From Verrucomicrobiota bacterium (lineage in GTDB: Bacteria > Verrucomicrobiota > Verrucomicrobiia > Limisphaerales > SXTU01), in the NCBI GenBank assembly GCA_016235545.1, contig JACRKB010000191.1, positions 1,078 to 65,077 of the forward strand: DNA of 64,000 nt, given 5' to 3'. Below the pieces are notes generated by a model, which worked only from the letters and a program-made list of their open reading frames with translations, searched no databases and was not told the origin of the DNA. Positions 34,674 through 43,788 of this stretch are shown piece after piece. The translations under genes and the position numbers were made by a program. Positions within the stretch are counted from its first letter, which is position 1; each line of letters opens with the position of its first letter.

Positions 34674-36539
34674 ATGAGCCACATCAAAGCTGTCTTCGCG
34701 TTCGGCTGGCCCTATATGCGCCGCTACCAGAGCCGGCTGTGGCTGGGCGTGTTGTGCGGCGTCCTGCTGGGCCTCTCGAACGCGAGCTTCATCTGGGCGA
34801 CGCGGACGATTTTTAGCCGGCTTTCCCCGGAGCCGGCGGCTGCAACTGCGACGACGGTGGTTCCGGCGGCATCCACGAGGGCGCTTGCAGAGCCGTTCAA
34901 GGAACGGCTCGATCAATTGCGTCAACGGGTCGAGACGACCGTTGACCCGTGGCTGCCGCTGGTGAGCCGGCCCATTGACGCGAAGCAAATCCTCGGCGGC
35001 TTTCTCCTGCTGCCGGTGATGGTGGGCATTCGTAGCATCTTGGGCTACTTCAGCACCTATTGCATGTGCTGGGTGAGCGAGCGCGTGATGAACGACCTGC
35101 GCATTGACGTGCTCACCAAGCTGAACCAGCTCTCGCTCGACTTCTTCAACCGCTCGACGATGGGCGACCTGATGACGCGGATCAACGGCGACACCGGCGC
35201 GCTTTACCGCTGCATGAGCCTGGGCTTCGCCGACCTCATCAAGGAACCGATCACCATACTGAGCGTCTTCGTCGGGCTGTGTCTGGTGGACTGGCAGTTG
35301 ACGCTGGTGGCAGTCGTGTTTGTTCCGCTGGTGCTCGTGCCGCTGCGCACGCTGGGCAAGAAGATGCGCAAGGTGACGCAGGCCGGGCTGAACGTCACCA
35401 TTAAGCAGTCCAGCTCGCTGTTGGAGGCGCTGGCCGGCATCCGCGTCATCCAGGCATTCGGGCTGGAAAGCGCGCAGATCGAACGGTTCCGGCAGAATTC
35501 CCGGCAGTTGATCCACTACGGCATGAAGGGCGTGCAGACGCGCGAGCTGGTCAACCCGATCACCGAGACCATTTCCATGCTGGGGCTGGGTTGCCTGGTG
35601 GTGTTCATCTTCTGGCAGCGGCGCAGCGTGCCGGACATGATCGGCTTCAGCACGGGGCTGGTGATTCTGTTCTCGCCGATCAAGAAGCTGGCCGCCTTGC
35701 ACGTGCTCTTCCAGCAGACGGCGGTGGGCGTGGACCGGCTCTTCCAGCTCTTCCGCGAGCAGCCGACGGTGCGGAACAAGCTCGACGCAAAACCGCTGCC
35801 CGGTTTCAAGGAAAGCCTCGTCTTCGAGTCGGTCAACTTCTCCTATGCCGCCAAGCCGGTGCTGCAAGACCTGAGCCTGGTCATCCCGCGCGGCATGAAG
35901 CTGGGCGTGGCGGGCGAAAGCGGCTCGGGCAAGAGCACGCTGCTGAACTTAATCTTCCGGTTCCATGATCCCACGAGCGGTGCGGTGAAGATTGATGGGA
36001 CAGACCTGCGTGACGTCGCGCTGGCCGACCTGCGCTCGCACCTGGCGCTGGTCAGCCAGGAGGTCGTGGTGTTTGACCAGACCATCGCGGAGAACATTGC
36101 GTGCGGAAAGCCCAACGCCACGCGCGCGGACGTGGAGGCGGCGGCACGGCAGGCGTTTGCGCACGAGTTCATCCTGCAACTGCCGCAGGGCTACGACACG
36201 CGTGTGGGCGAGCGCGGCGTGACATTGTCCGGCGGGCAGCGCCAGCGGCTCGTTATCGCCCGCGCCTTCGTCCGCAACGCGCCGATCCTCGTGCTCGACG
36301 AGGCGACCGCCGCGCTGGACTCTCGGGCGGAGGCGGAGGTGCAAAAGGTCATTGACGAGTTCGCGGCGCACCGCACGGTCGTCTGCGTGGCGCACCGGCT
36401 CTCGACGCTCGCCGCTATGGACCGGATTGTTGTGCTAGCCGAGGGGCGCATCGTCGAGCAGGGCAGCTTTCAGGAACTGCTCAAGGCCGGCGGCGCGTTC
36501 GCGCAGATGGCGCAACGGCAGGGCATCCGCGCGGATTGA
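34674..36539 (+). CDS. MsbA-like ABC exporter (fused TMD-NBD)
   Basis: 621 aa. Six-helix N-terminal half, Walker A GESGSGKST, signature LSGGQRQR, Walker B ILVLDEATAALD. Confidence 0.85.
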   Translation: MSHIKAVFAFGWPYMRRYQSRLWLGVLCGVLLGLSNASFIWATRTIFSRLSPEPAAATATTVVPAASTRALAEPFKERLDQLRQRVETTVDPWLPLVSRPIDAKQILGGFLLLPVMVGIRSILGYFSTYCMCWVSERVMNDLRIDVLTKLNQLSLDFFNRSTMGDLMTRINGDTGALYRCMSLGFADLIKEPITILSVFVGLCLVDWQLTLVAVVFVPLVLVPLRTLGKKMRKVTQAGLNVTIKQSSSLLEALAGIRVIQAFGLESAQIERFRQNSRQLIHYGMKGVQTRELVNPITETISMLGLGCLVVFIFWQRRSVPDMIGFSTGLVILFSPIKKLAALHVLFQQTAVGVDRLFQLFREQPTVRNKLDAKPLPGFKESLVFESVNFSYAAKPVLQDLSLVIPRGMKLGVAGESGSGKSTLLNLIFRFHDPTSGAVKIDGTDLRDVALADLRSHLALVSQEVVVFDQTIAENIACGKPNATRADVEAAARQAFAHEFILQLPQGYDTRVGERGVTLSGGQRQRLVIARAFVRNAPILVLDEATAALDSRAEAEVQKVIDEFAAHRTVVCVAHRLSTLAAMDRIVVLAEGRIVEQGSFQELLKAGGAFAQMAQRQGIRAD

Positions 36540-36618
36540 TTGCCAGACCGCGGCCCTTCTGCTACGCGTGCGCCGCCCGAACAACAATTTGCCAGCACCC
36601 ATCAACGCCGAATCACCC

Positions 36619-37455
36619 ATGTCGAGTCCCGCCCTGCCCCGCTGCCGCGTCATCGCCGAGTTCACCTCCAACCACCTCGGCGACGATCGGATCGTCACCG
36701 CCATGCTCACCGAGGCCAAGCGCGTAGGCGTGGACGTGGTGAAGTTCCAGTCGTGGCAGGCCAGCCAGTTGCGCAAGGACTTTGCGGACTACGATGCGAC
36801 ATTTGCGCGGCACAAGAGCGCCGAGCTGTCCGATGAGCAGCACCGCCGCATCATCGCGCAGTGCCGTGAGCTGGGGCTGGAGTTCCTCACGACCTGCTTC
36901 GACCTGAACCGCGTGGACTTCCTCGCCTCGCTCGGCGTGCTGGCGATCAAGGTGGCCAGCCCGGACGCGACGAGCTGGGCGCTGCTGCAGCAGCTCGCCG
37001 CGAAGTTTCAGACGCTTTACATCTCCACCGGCCTGATCTCGAACGCGGAGCTGGACGAGCTGCTGCGCCGCCTGGACCCGAAGCAGGCGGTCATCTTCCA
37101 TTGCATCTCGCTTTACCCGACGCCGCCGGAGCAGGTGAACCTCGCGCGCATGGAGTTCATCCGCGAGCGCGGCTTTCGCGTAGGCTTCAGCGACCACACT
37201 GAGGGGCCGGAGGCGGCGATGCTGGCCATCGCGCGCGGGGCAGAGTTCATTGAGAAGCATTTCACCTTGAGCCGCGCGCTGCCGGGCAAGGACCAGCAAA
37301 TGTCCGCGACACCCGACGTGTTTCAGCACATCTGCCGCTGGCGGGACCAAGTGCAGTTGATGATGGGCCAGCCGCAGCGGGAACTGACCGAGACCGAGCA
37401 GAAGATCCGCTCGGTTTACGTCGGCAAGTGGGGCGACAACCGCGCGGGGCGCTGA
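36619..37455 (+). CDS. NeuB-family (sialic-acid-synthase-like) TIM-barrel protein lacking the C-terminal SAF domain
   Basis: Start placed at ATG 36619. VIAEFTSNHLGD, VDVVKFQSW, IKVASPD and GFSDHTEG resemble NeuB/PseI/LegI motifs. The ORF ends about 15 aa into where the SAF domain normally begins, and a convergent gene stop lies 14 nt away. Confidence 0.7.
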   Translation: MSSPALPRCRVIAEFTSNHLGDDRIVTAMLTEAKRVGVDVVKFQSWQASQLRKDFADYDATFARHKSAELSDEQHRRIIAQCRELGLEFLTTCFDLNRVDFLASLGVLAIKVASPDATSWALLQQLAAKFQTLYISTGLISNAELDELLRRLDPKQAVIFHCISLYPTPPEQVNLARMEFIRERGFRVGFSDHTEGPEAAMLAIARGAEFIEKHFTLSRALPGKDQQMSATPDVFQHICRWRDQVQLMMGQPQRELTETEQKIRSVYVGKWGDNRAGR

Positions 37456-37468
37456 AAGGCGCGCTCCC

Positions 37469-38299
37469 TCACTTCAGCGGTTCAATCACGCGCCGACGGA
37501 AGCGCGCCCCGGTGAGGGAGTGAAATCGGCTGGTGAGCCGCATCCGCTGCTTTTGCAGGCTGCGGAAGAATCTGGAGAAAATGTCGTCCCCTTGGGGCGG
37601 ACAAGGCCGCCGCCAGAAATCGGGCTGAAGGTTGTGCTCCTTCAGGAACTCGATGGTCGGCGGTTTCCAGAACAGGCCCTTGATGGACTCGACATAGGTG
37701 ATGACAGTCGGTGCGCCGGGACCGAGGTAGAAATGGGCCTTTGGTTCCTGCACCGCCAGCGATTTGAGCCTCCGCTCCGCTGCCCAGATGTTCAGCCCAG
37801 GCTCGCATACCTCGCTGAGGTGACTTTTTCGCCAGAATGTCACGTTCAGCCCCACGCAGTTGTTCTCCGGCGTGACCTGCGAGAAGCAGGTGCCCGGCAC
37901 CGGCGTCCCCGGTTTGGCGAGGGTATCGAGGCCGAGATACTTCGCATCGAGCGCCGTGGCTTGCGCGCAAAACTCCACGATGCGCGCGTGGTCCACGGGG
38001 CGGTTTGGGAAGAAGTCGTCCAGCACCACCAGCATCCGGTCGCACGGCACCCGCTCCAGTCCGATTCGCACGTTGGCCGCCCACTGCCGGTCCTCGCCCA
38101 CCGCGATGGTCTGCACGCGCGGGTCGTTGAAGGTGGTGAAGTTCGAGATCAGATAAACTGGTGTCGGCACTTCTGGCCAGTAGCGGAAGAGGAAGTGAAA
38201 GAAGAACGGCCACGCGTCGTTGTAGGCGTCGCACGAGGGGATGACGAGCCGCCATGCGGGCGAGTCCGCCGACGGGGAAGTCTGCTGCGGGTCGCTCAT
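37469..38299 (-). CDS. Uncharacterised glycan-locus protein (possible GT-A-like), paralogue of 45198-46067
   Basis: ATG 38297-38299 (a GTG lies one codon upstream). PSCDAYNDAWPFFFHFLFRYW, VGEDRQW and LVVLDDFF align with TSCDWFYDVWVPFFYFFKRHW, VGEDKGW and LYVQEDQFF in the other copy. Confidence 0.6.
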   Translation of the reverse strand: MSDPQQTSPSADSPAWRLVIPSCDAYNDAWPFFFHFLFRYWPEVPTPVYLISNFTTFNDPRVQTIAVGEDRQWAANVRIGLERVPCDRMLVVLDDFFPNRPVDHARIVEFCAQATALDAKYLGLDTLAKPGTPVPGTCFSQVTPENNCVGLNVTFWRKSHLSEVCEPGLNIWAAERRLKSLAVQEPKAHFYLGPGAPTVITYVESIKGLFWKPPTIEFLKEHNLQPDFWRRPCPPQGDDIFSRFFRSLQKQRMRLTSRFHSLTGARFRRRVIEPLK

Positions 38300-38309
38300 C
38301 ACGCGCAGT

Positions 38310-39065
38310 TCACTCCACCACGAAATACGCCGTGCGCGAGGTGTGGCGCAGCCGGCGCAAGCGGACGTTGTTCAAGCCGAGCGTCTCCATCACTGCCAGC
38401 GTCTCGCCGGGCGCGTCCGGGTCGTTGAGTTCGTCGAAGCCCACCAAGCTGCCCTTCACCAGCCGGGGCCGGATCAACTCCAGACAGCGCTTGGTCGGCT
38501 CATAGAGGTCGAAGTCAAAGTAGGCGAGCGCGACAATCGTCTCGGGATGCTGCTCCAGATAGCGCGGCAGTGTCACGGTGGCGTCGCCCTTGACCAGCTC
38601 GAATTTGCGGATGTGCGCGAGAGGGGCCTCGGCCTCCTGAAACTCGAGCACCTGCTGGAGAAACTGCTCGTAGCCGGGTGTCACGGCGTAGTTGCCAGGC
38701 GTCATCATTTTCGACTTCCCGTCCTCCGCGCTCACGCCCGCGAAGCCGGCGAAGGTGTCGAAGCCGATCAGCTTGCGATGTCGGTTGAACGGCTCGTAGA
38801 TGCCGCGCAACGCGGCCCAGTGGCTCAGGTTCTGGCCCCAGCGCGTGCCGAATTCCATCACCACACCCGGCACCTCGACGATTTGTTCGTAGATGAAGTC
38901 CATGAACTTCAGGCGCGCGAGGGTCTTCCCGTTGAGGAACACGCCGAGGTTGTCGAGCAGCTCGGTGTCCGGAATCGGGTTGGTGCGCACGAGCTGCGCG
39001 AGCTGCTTGCGACGGTCGGATTCGGCGGGGCTGGCGTAGTGGACGACTTCGGGCGACTGGCTCAT
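38310..39065 (-). CDS. SAM-dependent O-methyltransferase, TylF/macrocin-O-methyltransferase-like
   Basis: Start at ATG 39063-39065. VVMEFGTRWGQNL and AYFDFDLYEPTKRCLELIRPRLVKGSLVGFDE resemble the TylF-type fold. Assignment from memory only. Confidence 0.6.
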   Translation of the reverse strand: MSQSPEVVHYASPAESDRRKQLAQLVRTNPIPDTELLDNLGVFLNGKTLARLKFMDFIYEQIVEVPGVVMEFGTRWGQNLSHWAALRGIYEPFNRHRKLIGFDTFAGFAGVSAEDGKSKMMTPGNYAVTPGYEQFLQQVLEFQEAEAPLAHIRKFELVKGDATVTLPRYLEQHPETIVALAYFDFDLYEPTKRCLELIRPRLVKGSLVGFDELNDPDAPGETLAVMETLGLNNVRLRRLRHTSRTAYFVVE

Positions 39066-39088
39066 GGCGGCAAGGGGTTGATGTGCTT

Positions 39089-40030
39089 TCAGACCGGTGA
39101 CCAGACGACCAGCGAGTGTCCCTCGATGAACAGGCTGCCCGTCCAGGTGCGGCGGGCGGCGTGGATGCGCACGCGGCCGCGACGCTCCCATTCCTGCAAG
39201 GTGGGCAGGAAGTTTTGGAGGTAGTTCCGCTTCCGAGAATAGGCGTTCGAGAGCCGGCCCAGCAGGGTGGTTTCGTCAAGCAACTCGTCAATGGGCTCGA
39301 TGTGAACGCAGACCGAAGGACGCTTGCGGCAGAGGAATTCCAGCAGTCGCTCATGCTGGTCGCCGATTTGCTCCAGTGCCGCAACACTGTAAATGCCCTC
39401 GCCCGGCTTCAGGTCGAGCGCCTCGTCCGGCTCGAAGAAGTTGAAGCGGTGCCCGCGCAGGTTGCTCACCAGCCCGCGCGTGACCATCTCGCGCAGGATG
39501 TTCTGTGATGCCGTCGTCCAGTCGAGGCCGACGAGCGGCTTGTCGGGAAAAAGTTTCCGCGCGCGCAGCAGGTGGTAGCCGGGGCCGCAGCCGAACTCAT
39601 AAATCGCGTCCGCGTCCGCCAGCCACGTCTCCAGCGCCCACTCCACCAGCACGGAGAGGATGAGATACTCGAAGTTGGGCGTGATCGGGTGCGCGAGGTC
39701 GCCGGCCCAGCGCACAATATGGTGCTTGCCGAAGTAGAGCGGCGTGACGGCATCCACGTTGCCGGCGCGAAGGAGAAGTTCGAGGTTTTCGCCCCAGCCC
39801 TTTTCCCACTGGTCGAGCCGGTGCGCGCCGGCGGCGACGGGCGGGTGGAGGATGGAGTTGAGGATGCGCAGCAGGTTTTCGTCGCGCTCTGGCTGGGTCA
39901 GCAGGCGGTATTGGAGGTTCAGTTCGCGCACCCGCGCGGCAAGGCAGGGGCTGAGACGGCCCTGCCAGCGCGCCTCGAGTTCGGCCACCGTGACTGTGCG
40001 CACGTCCGCTGACGAGTCAGGCGCGCTCAT
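39089..40030 (-). CDS. Class I SAM-dependent methyltransferase
   Basis: Start at ATG 40028-40030, in ATGA overlap with the fcl stop. SAM motif I is IYEFGCGPGYHL. Confidence 0.7.
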   Translation of the reverse strand: MSAPDSSADVRTVTVAELEARWQGRLSPCLAARVRELNLQYRLLTQPERDENLLRILNSILHPPVAAGAHRLDQWEKGWGENLELLLRAGNVDAVTPLYFGKHHIVRWAGDLAHPITPNFEYLILSVLVEWALETWLADADAIYEFGCGPGYHLLRARKLFPDKPLVGLDWTTASQNILREMVTRGLVSNLRGHRFNFFEPDEALDLKPGEGIYSVAALEQIGDQHERLLEFLCRKRPSVCVHIEPIDELLDETTLLGRLSNAYSRKRNYLQNFLPTLQEWERRGRVRIHAARRTWTGSLFIEGHSLVVWSPV

Positions 40031-40947
40031 TGGCGGATGTTGGGGTAATGCTCCTCGAACCATTCCACGGTCCGGGCGATGCCTTCGCGCAGCGGGGTGA
40101 ACTTGAAGTCGGGGAAGAGGCGCTTGAGCTTGGAGTTGTCCGAGGGCTTGCGGAACTGGCCGTCGGGCTTCGAGGTGTTCCAGACGACTCGGTTCGGAAA
40201 CTTCATCACATCCACGATCACCTCGACCATGTCGCGGATGCTGACCTCTTCTGCGGACGAGAAAATGATGGGCGTGTCCTCCTCATAGCGGTCCAAGGCC
40301 AGCAGGCTCAGGCGCGCGATGTCCTCCGAAAACACGAACTCTCGCAGCGGCTTGCCACTGCCCCACACCTCGAGGTCTTGACCGTTCTTCTTCGCCAAAA
40401 ACGCGCGGTGGATGAGCGATGGCAGGACATGGCCGCCTTCGAGGCTCCAGTCGTCGTTCGGGCCGTAGATGTTGGTTGGGATGGCGACGATGAAGTGGCA
40501 GTTCCACTCCTTGCGATACGCGGCGCTCTGCACCTCCAGCATCCGCTTGGCGTAGGCGTATCCGAAGTTCGACGGGTGCGGCGGGCCGTGATGCAGGTGT
40601 TCCTCGCGCAGTGGATACTCCGCCTTCTCGGGGAAGACGCAGGTGGACATGAACGAAATGAGCTTCTTGACGCCCGCCTGCCGCGCGGCTTCGAGCGTGT
40701 TCAGGTTGATGAGGATGTTGTTCCGAAAATACTCGCCCGAGTGGACGATCTGGCTGCCGAGGCCGCCGACGACCGCCGCCAGGTGGATGACGCGGTCCGG
40801 CTTGACTCCCTGGAAGTAAGCCTGCGCCCGTGGAAAGTCCGTCAGGTCCAGCTCCTCTCGGCGCGTATAGACCATGTCCGGCGGGTCCATCTCGCGAATG
40901 GCATGGCCCACCATGCCCGCCGCGCCCGTGACCAGCGTCTTGTTCAT
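40027..40947 (-). CDS. fcl: GDP-L-fucose synthase (GDP-4-keto-6-deoxymannose 3,5-epimerase/4-reductase)
   Basis: Start at ATG 40945-40947. MNKTLVTGAAGMVGHAI, NILINLN, STCVFPEKAEYPLREE, YAYAKRM and PTNIYGPND are typical Fcl/WcaG motifs. Confidence 0.85.
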   Translation of the reverse strand: MNKTLVTGAAGMVGHAIREMDPPDMVYTRREELDLTDFPRAQAYFQGVKPDRVIHLAAVVGGLGSQIVHSGEYFRNNILINLNTLEAARQAGVKKLISFMSTCVFPEKAEYPLREEHLHHGPPHPSNFGYAYAKRMLEVQSAAYRKEWNCHFIVAIPTNIYGPNDDWSLEGGHVLPSLIHRAFLAKKNGQDLEVWGSGKPLREFVFSEDIARLSLLALDRYEEDTPIIFSSAEEVSIRDMVEVIVDVMKFPNRVVWNTSKPDGQFRKPSDNSKLKRLFPDFKFTPLREGIARTVEWFEEHYPNIRQ

Positions 40948-40966
40948 ACGCAAAGTGTCCGGGCCG

Positions 40967-42001
40967 CTAAACCGTGGTGTAAAGGGATTTCTGCCACGCG
41001 ACGGTGCGCCGCACCCCTTCCTCCAACGGCACGCAGGGAGCCGCTCCGAACTCGCCTTCAAACCGCCCCATGTCCAGCCGCACATCATCCGGTGCCCCGG
41101 CCAAAGCCTGGCCAGCCGCCTCCATCGGGAAGCTCACCGGGACGTTTGTCACCCGCCCGATCAACTCCGCCAGCCCCCGGATCGTGGTGCGCGAATCGCC
41201 GCCGACGTTATAGACCACCTCGCGCCCATCCAAGAGGATGCGCCACATCATCCGCACCGCGTCGGCCACATAGCCGTAGGTCCGCCACGCGGTGCCATGG
41301 TCCATCATGCGAATCGCCCGCTCCGTCAGTGCGCGGCGGATGAAGGTGTTCAACACCCGCTGGTCGTCAGCCCGCGTGCCGGGCCCATACGCCAGCGCCA
41401 GCCGCGCCGCGCGTGCCGCGACTCCGCCCCTGCTCGCCGCGTGGCAGATGGCCTCGCCGCAGCGCTTCGCCTCGATGTAGCAGGCGCGCGCGTGGTCGGT
41501 GTTGGTGGTGCCGATCTGATCTTCGCGAAAAGGTGGGTCGGGCAGGCCGCTGTAAAGCTCGCTCGTGCTGACGAACAGAAACCGCCCAGCCGGTGTGAGC
41601 CGGTCCAGCAGTTCGCAGGTCGCCGCCGTGTTCAGCCGCAGCGTGGCCAGCGGGTTTTCCATGAACTTGCCCGGCTGCCCGTAACCGCCCGCGTGGATGA
41701 TCAGCCCCGCCGCCGGCAGCGTCCGGCAGAACGCCGCGTCGTGGAGCTCACCCGTAAGCAACGTGAAGCGCGGGTGAGTGAACATCTGCCGCAGATGCGC
41801 CGGCACTTCCCGGCGCGCCACCGCGAAGACCCGCTGTGGCGCGTGCGGCCCGTCCGCCAATTCGCGCAGCGTGGCAAGGAAGTAAGTCCCGACGATGCCC
41901 GTTGCGCCCGTGAGCAAGACAGTTTGTCCGGCGATTTTCTCGACCGGCAGCGAGGCCACCACCTCCCGTGCGTCGCGCTGGATTAGGTCAGGCTCCGTCA
42001 T
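40967..42001 (-). CDS. NAD-dependent epimerase/dehydratase family protein
   Basis: 344 aa. VLLTGATGIVGTYF and YIEAKRCGE (YxxxK). ATGA overlap with the transketolase C-subunit stop. Confidence 0.8.
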   Translation of the reverse strand: MTEPDLIQRDAREVVASLPVEKIAGQTVLLTGATGIVGTYFLATLRELADGPHAPQRVFAVARREVPAHLRQMFTHPRFTLLTGELHDAAFCRTLPAAGLIIHAGGYGQPGKFMENPLATLRLNTAATCELLDRLTPAGRFLFVSTSELYSGLPDPPFREDQIGTTNTDHARACYIEAKRCGEAICHAASRGGVAARAARLALAYGPGTRADDQRVLNTFIRRALTERAIRMMDHGTAWRTYGYVADAVRMMWRILLDGREVVYNVGGDSRTTIRGLAELIGRVTNVPVSFPMEAAGQALAGAPDDVRLDMGRFEGEFGAAPCVPLEEGVRRTVAWQKSLYTTV

Positions 42002-42876
42002 TGCAACACCGTGCTGATGCGCGCGCGCAGGCCGGCAGCGTCAAGTCCGCACGCCTGCTCGTGGTCGGCTAGCTTGCCGTAGTTGGTGAGGAACTGGCGC
42101 GGCACACCGCAGGAGATGAGGCGGGTCGATTGCGCCGAGAGCGCCGCGCTCACCTCGCCCGCGAGCGTGCCGGTGTAGAAAGGCTCAACCACGATGACAG
42201 TGCCACTCGTGTGCTTCGCCAGCGTTTCGCGGTCGAAAGGCGCAAGCGTCGTGTAGTGCAGCACGGTCACGTCGAGGTCAGCCGTCGCCGCTAGCACGGG
42301 CTCCAGCGACTGCGCCGCGACCACCACAGTCGCCCGCGTGCCGGTGCGCACCACCCGCGCGCGACCAAAGCTCACCGCCCCATCCTGCGTGTGCGCGCGT
42401 TCCGAGAGCCGGAAATACGTCGGCCCGCCGGAGTAGCTCTCGCGGAAGAGGGCGTCGAACTCGCGGGGATTTCCCGGCGCGACAATCCGCATCCCGGGCA
42501 CCTGCTGCATCAACGCCACGTCACCGGGACAATGGTGCGTGCAGCCGAGCGAGGCGTAGTCGAACGACGCGCCCACGCTCACGAAGCAGCCCGGCAGCCG
42601 CTGGTAGCCGAAGTCCACCTTGAGCTGCTCGAAGGCCCGCTCGACCACGAACGGGGCAATGCTGTGGAAGACGGGGATGAACCCCTCGCGCGCCAGCCCA
42701 GCGGCGAAGCTCACCGTCGCCTGTTCCAAAATGCCGATGTTCACCACGCGGCCGGGGAACTTGGCGAACGCGTTGCGGAAGCCGAACACGCCGATGTCGC
42801 CGAGCAGCAGCACCAGCCGCGGATCCTGGGCGAGCAGGTCCTCCACCGTCGCGACGAATTGCTGGCGGATGTTCAT
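41998..42876 (-). CDS. Transketolase, C-terminal (pyrimidine-binding) subunit
   Basis: 292 aa. LLGDIGVFGF, NIGILEQATVSFAAGLAREGFIPVFHSIAPF. ATGA overlap with the N-terminal subunit gene. Confidence 0.85.
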   Translation of the reverse strand: MNIRQQFVATVEDLLAQDPRLVLLLGDIGVFGFRNAFAKFPGRVVNIGILEQATVSFAAGLAREGFIPVFHSIAPFVVERAFEQLKVDFGYQRLPGCFVSVGASFDYASLGCTHHCPGDVALMQQVPGMRIVAPGNPREFDALFRESYSGGPTYFRLSERAHTQDGAVSFGRARVVRTGTRATVVVAAQSLEPVLAATADLDVTVLHYTTLAPFDRETLAKHTSGTVIVVEPFYTGTLAGEVSAALSAQSTRLISCGVPRQFLTNYGKLADHEQACGLDAAGLRARISTVLQ

Positions 42877-43652
42877 GTGAGCTGCGCGAGGATGCCGTCG
42901 AGTTCATCGGGCGTCGGAGCCTTGTGATGCCACGCCGGATTGCCCTCCATCGGCGGGCAGCCTTTGCCCTTGATGGTGGTGGCCACGATCATCCGAGGCC
43001 GCCCATCGGACGGCTGGGTCACCGCTTGGAAAATTTCCGCGTGGTCATGGCCGTCCACCGCCGCCGTGTGCCAGCCGAACGCGGCAAACTTTGCGGCGAG
43101 ATCGCCCGTGAGCAGCGCGCGGTCGCCGGAATGGTTGTAGTCGAGCAGGCAGCACAGGTTGTCCAACCGGTGATGCGCGCCCAACAGCGCCGCCTCCCAG
43201 ATCGCGCCTTCATTGGCCTCACCGTCGCCCGCCACGCAGAACACCCGCGCGGTGGATTGCTTGAGTTTCAGCCCGTAGGCGATGCCCGCCGCCATCGGCA
43301 AGCCGTGTCCGAGCGAGCCGGTGGACGCCTCGACGCCGGGAACCTTGTTGCTATCCGGGTGCCCGCCAAGCCGGCTGGTGAAGCCCGCGAAGGTCTGCAA
43401 CTCCTCGAATGGGAAGAAACCGTGGTGTGCCAGCACCGCGTAGAGTCCGAGGCTCGCGTGGCCCTTGCTGAGGATGAACCGGTCGCGTCCCTCCCATTTC
43501 GGCTGGTCGGCCTTGAAGCGCAGCACGCGCCCGTAAAGCACCCACAGCAGGTCAAGAATGGAGAAGGCGCTGGCGATGTGGCCCTCCCGCGCGGTGGTGG
43601 CCGCGAGGATGATGCGACGGCGCAGTTCCCGGAGTGTTTCGGCTTCGTTCAC
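42873..43652 (-). CDS. Transketolase, N-terminal (ThDP-binding) subunit
   Basis: 259 aa, GTG start. EGHIASAFSILDLLWVLY, ILSKGHASLGLYAVL, GSLGHGLPMAAG and GDGEANEG (ThDP motif). Confidence 0.85.
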   Translation of the reverse strand: MNEAETLRELRRRIILAATTAREGHIASAFSILDLLWVLYGRVLRFKADQPKWEGRDRFILSKGHASLGLYAVLAHHGFFPFEELQTFAGFTSRLGGHPDSNKVPGVEASTGSLGHGLPMAAGIAYGLKLKQSTARVFCVAGDGEANEGAIWEAALLGAHHRLDNLCCLLDYNHSGDRALLTGDLAAKFAAFGWHTAAVDGHDHAEIFQAVTQPSDGRPRMIVATTIKGKGCPPMEGNPAWHHKAPTPDELDGILAQLT

Positions 43653-43788
43653 GCGTGAATCAAGGCGGCTTTAGATACGGGCGCGGCTTGGCGCAGCGCA
43701 ACAAAAAATCCCGCCGCGCCCGGCCTTGCCTCACGCGTGGCGTTGCTCGCATCATTACCCGCCGGGCGCACCCGGCGAACTGACCAGC

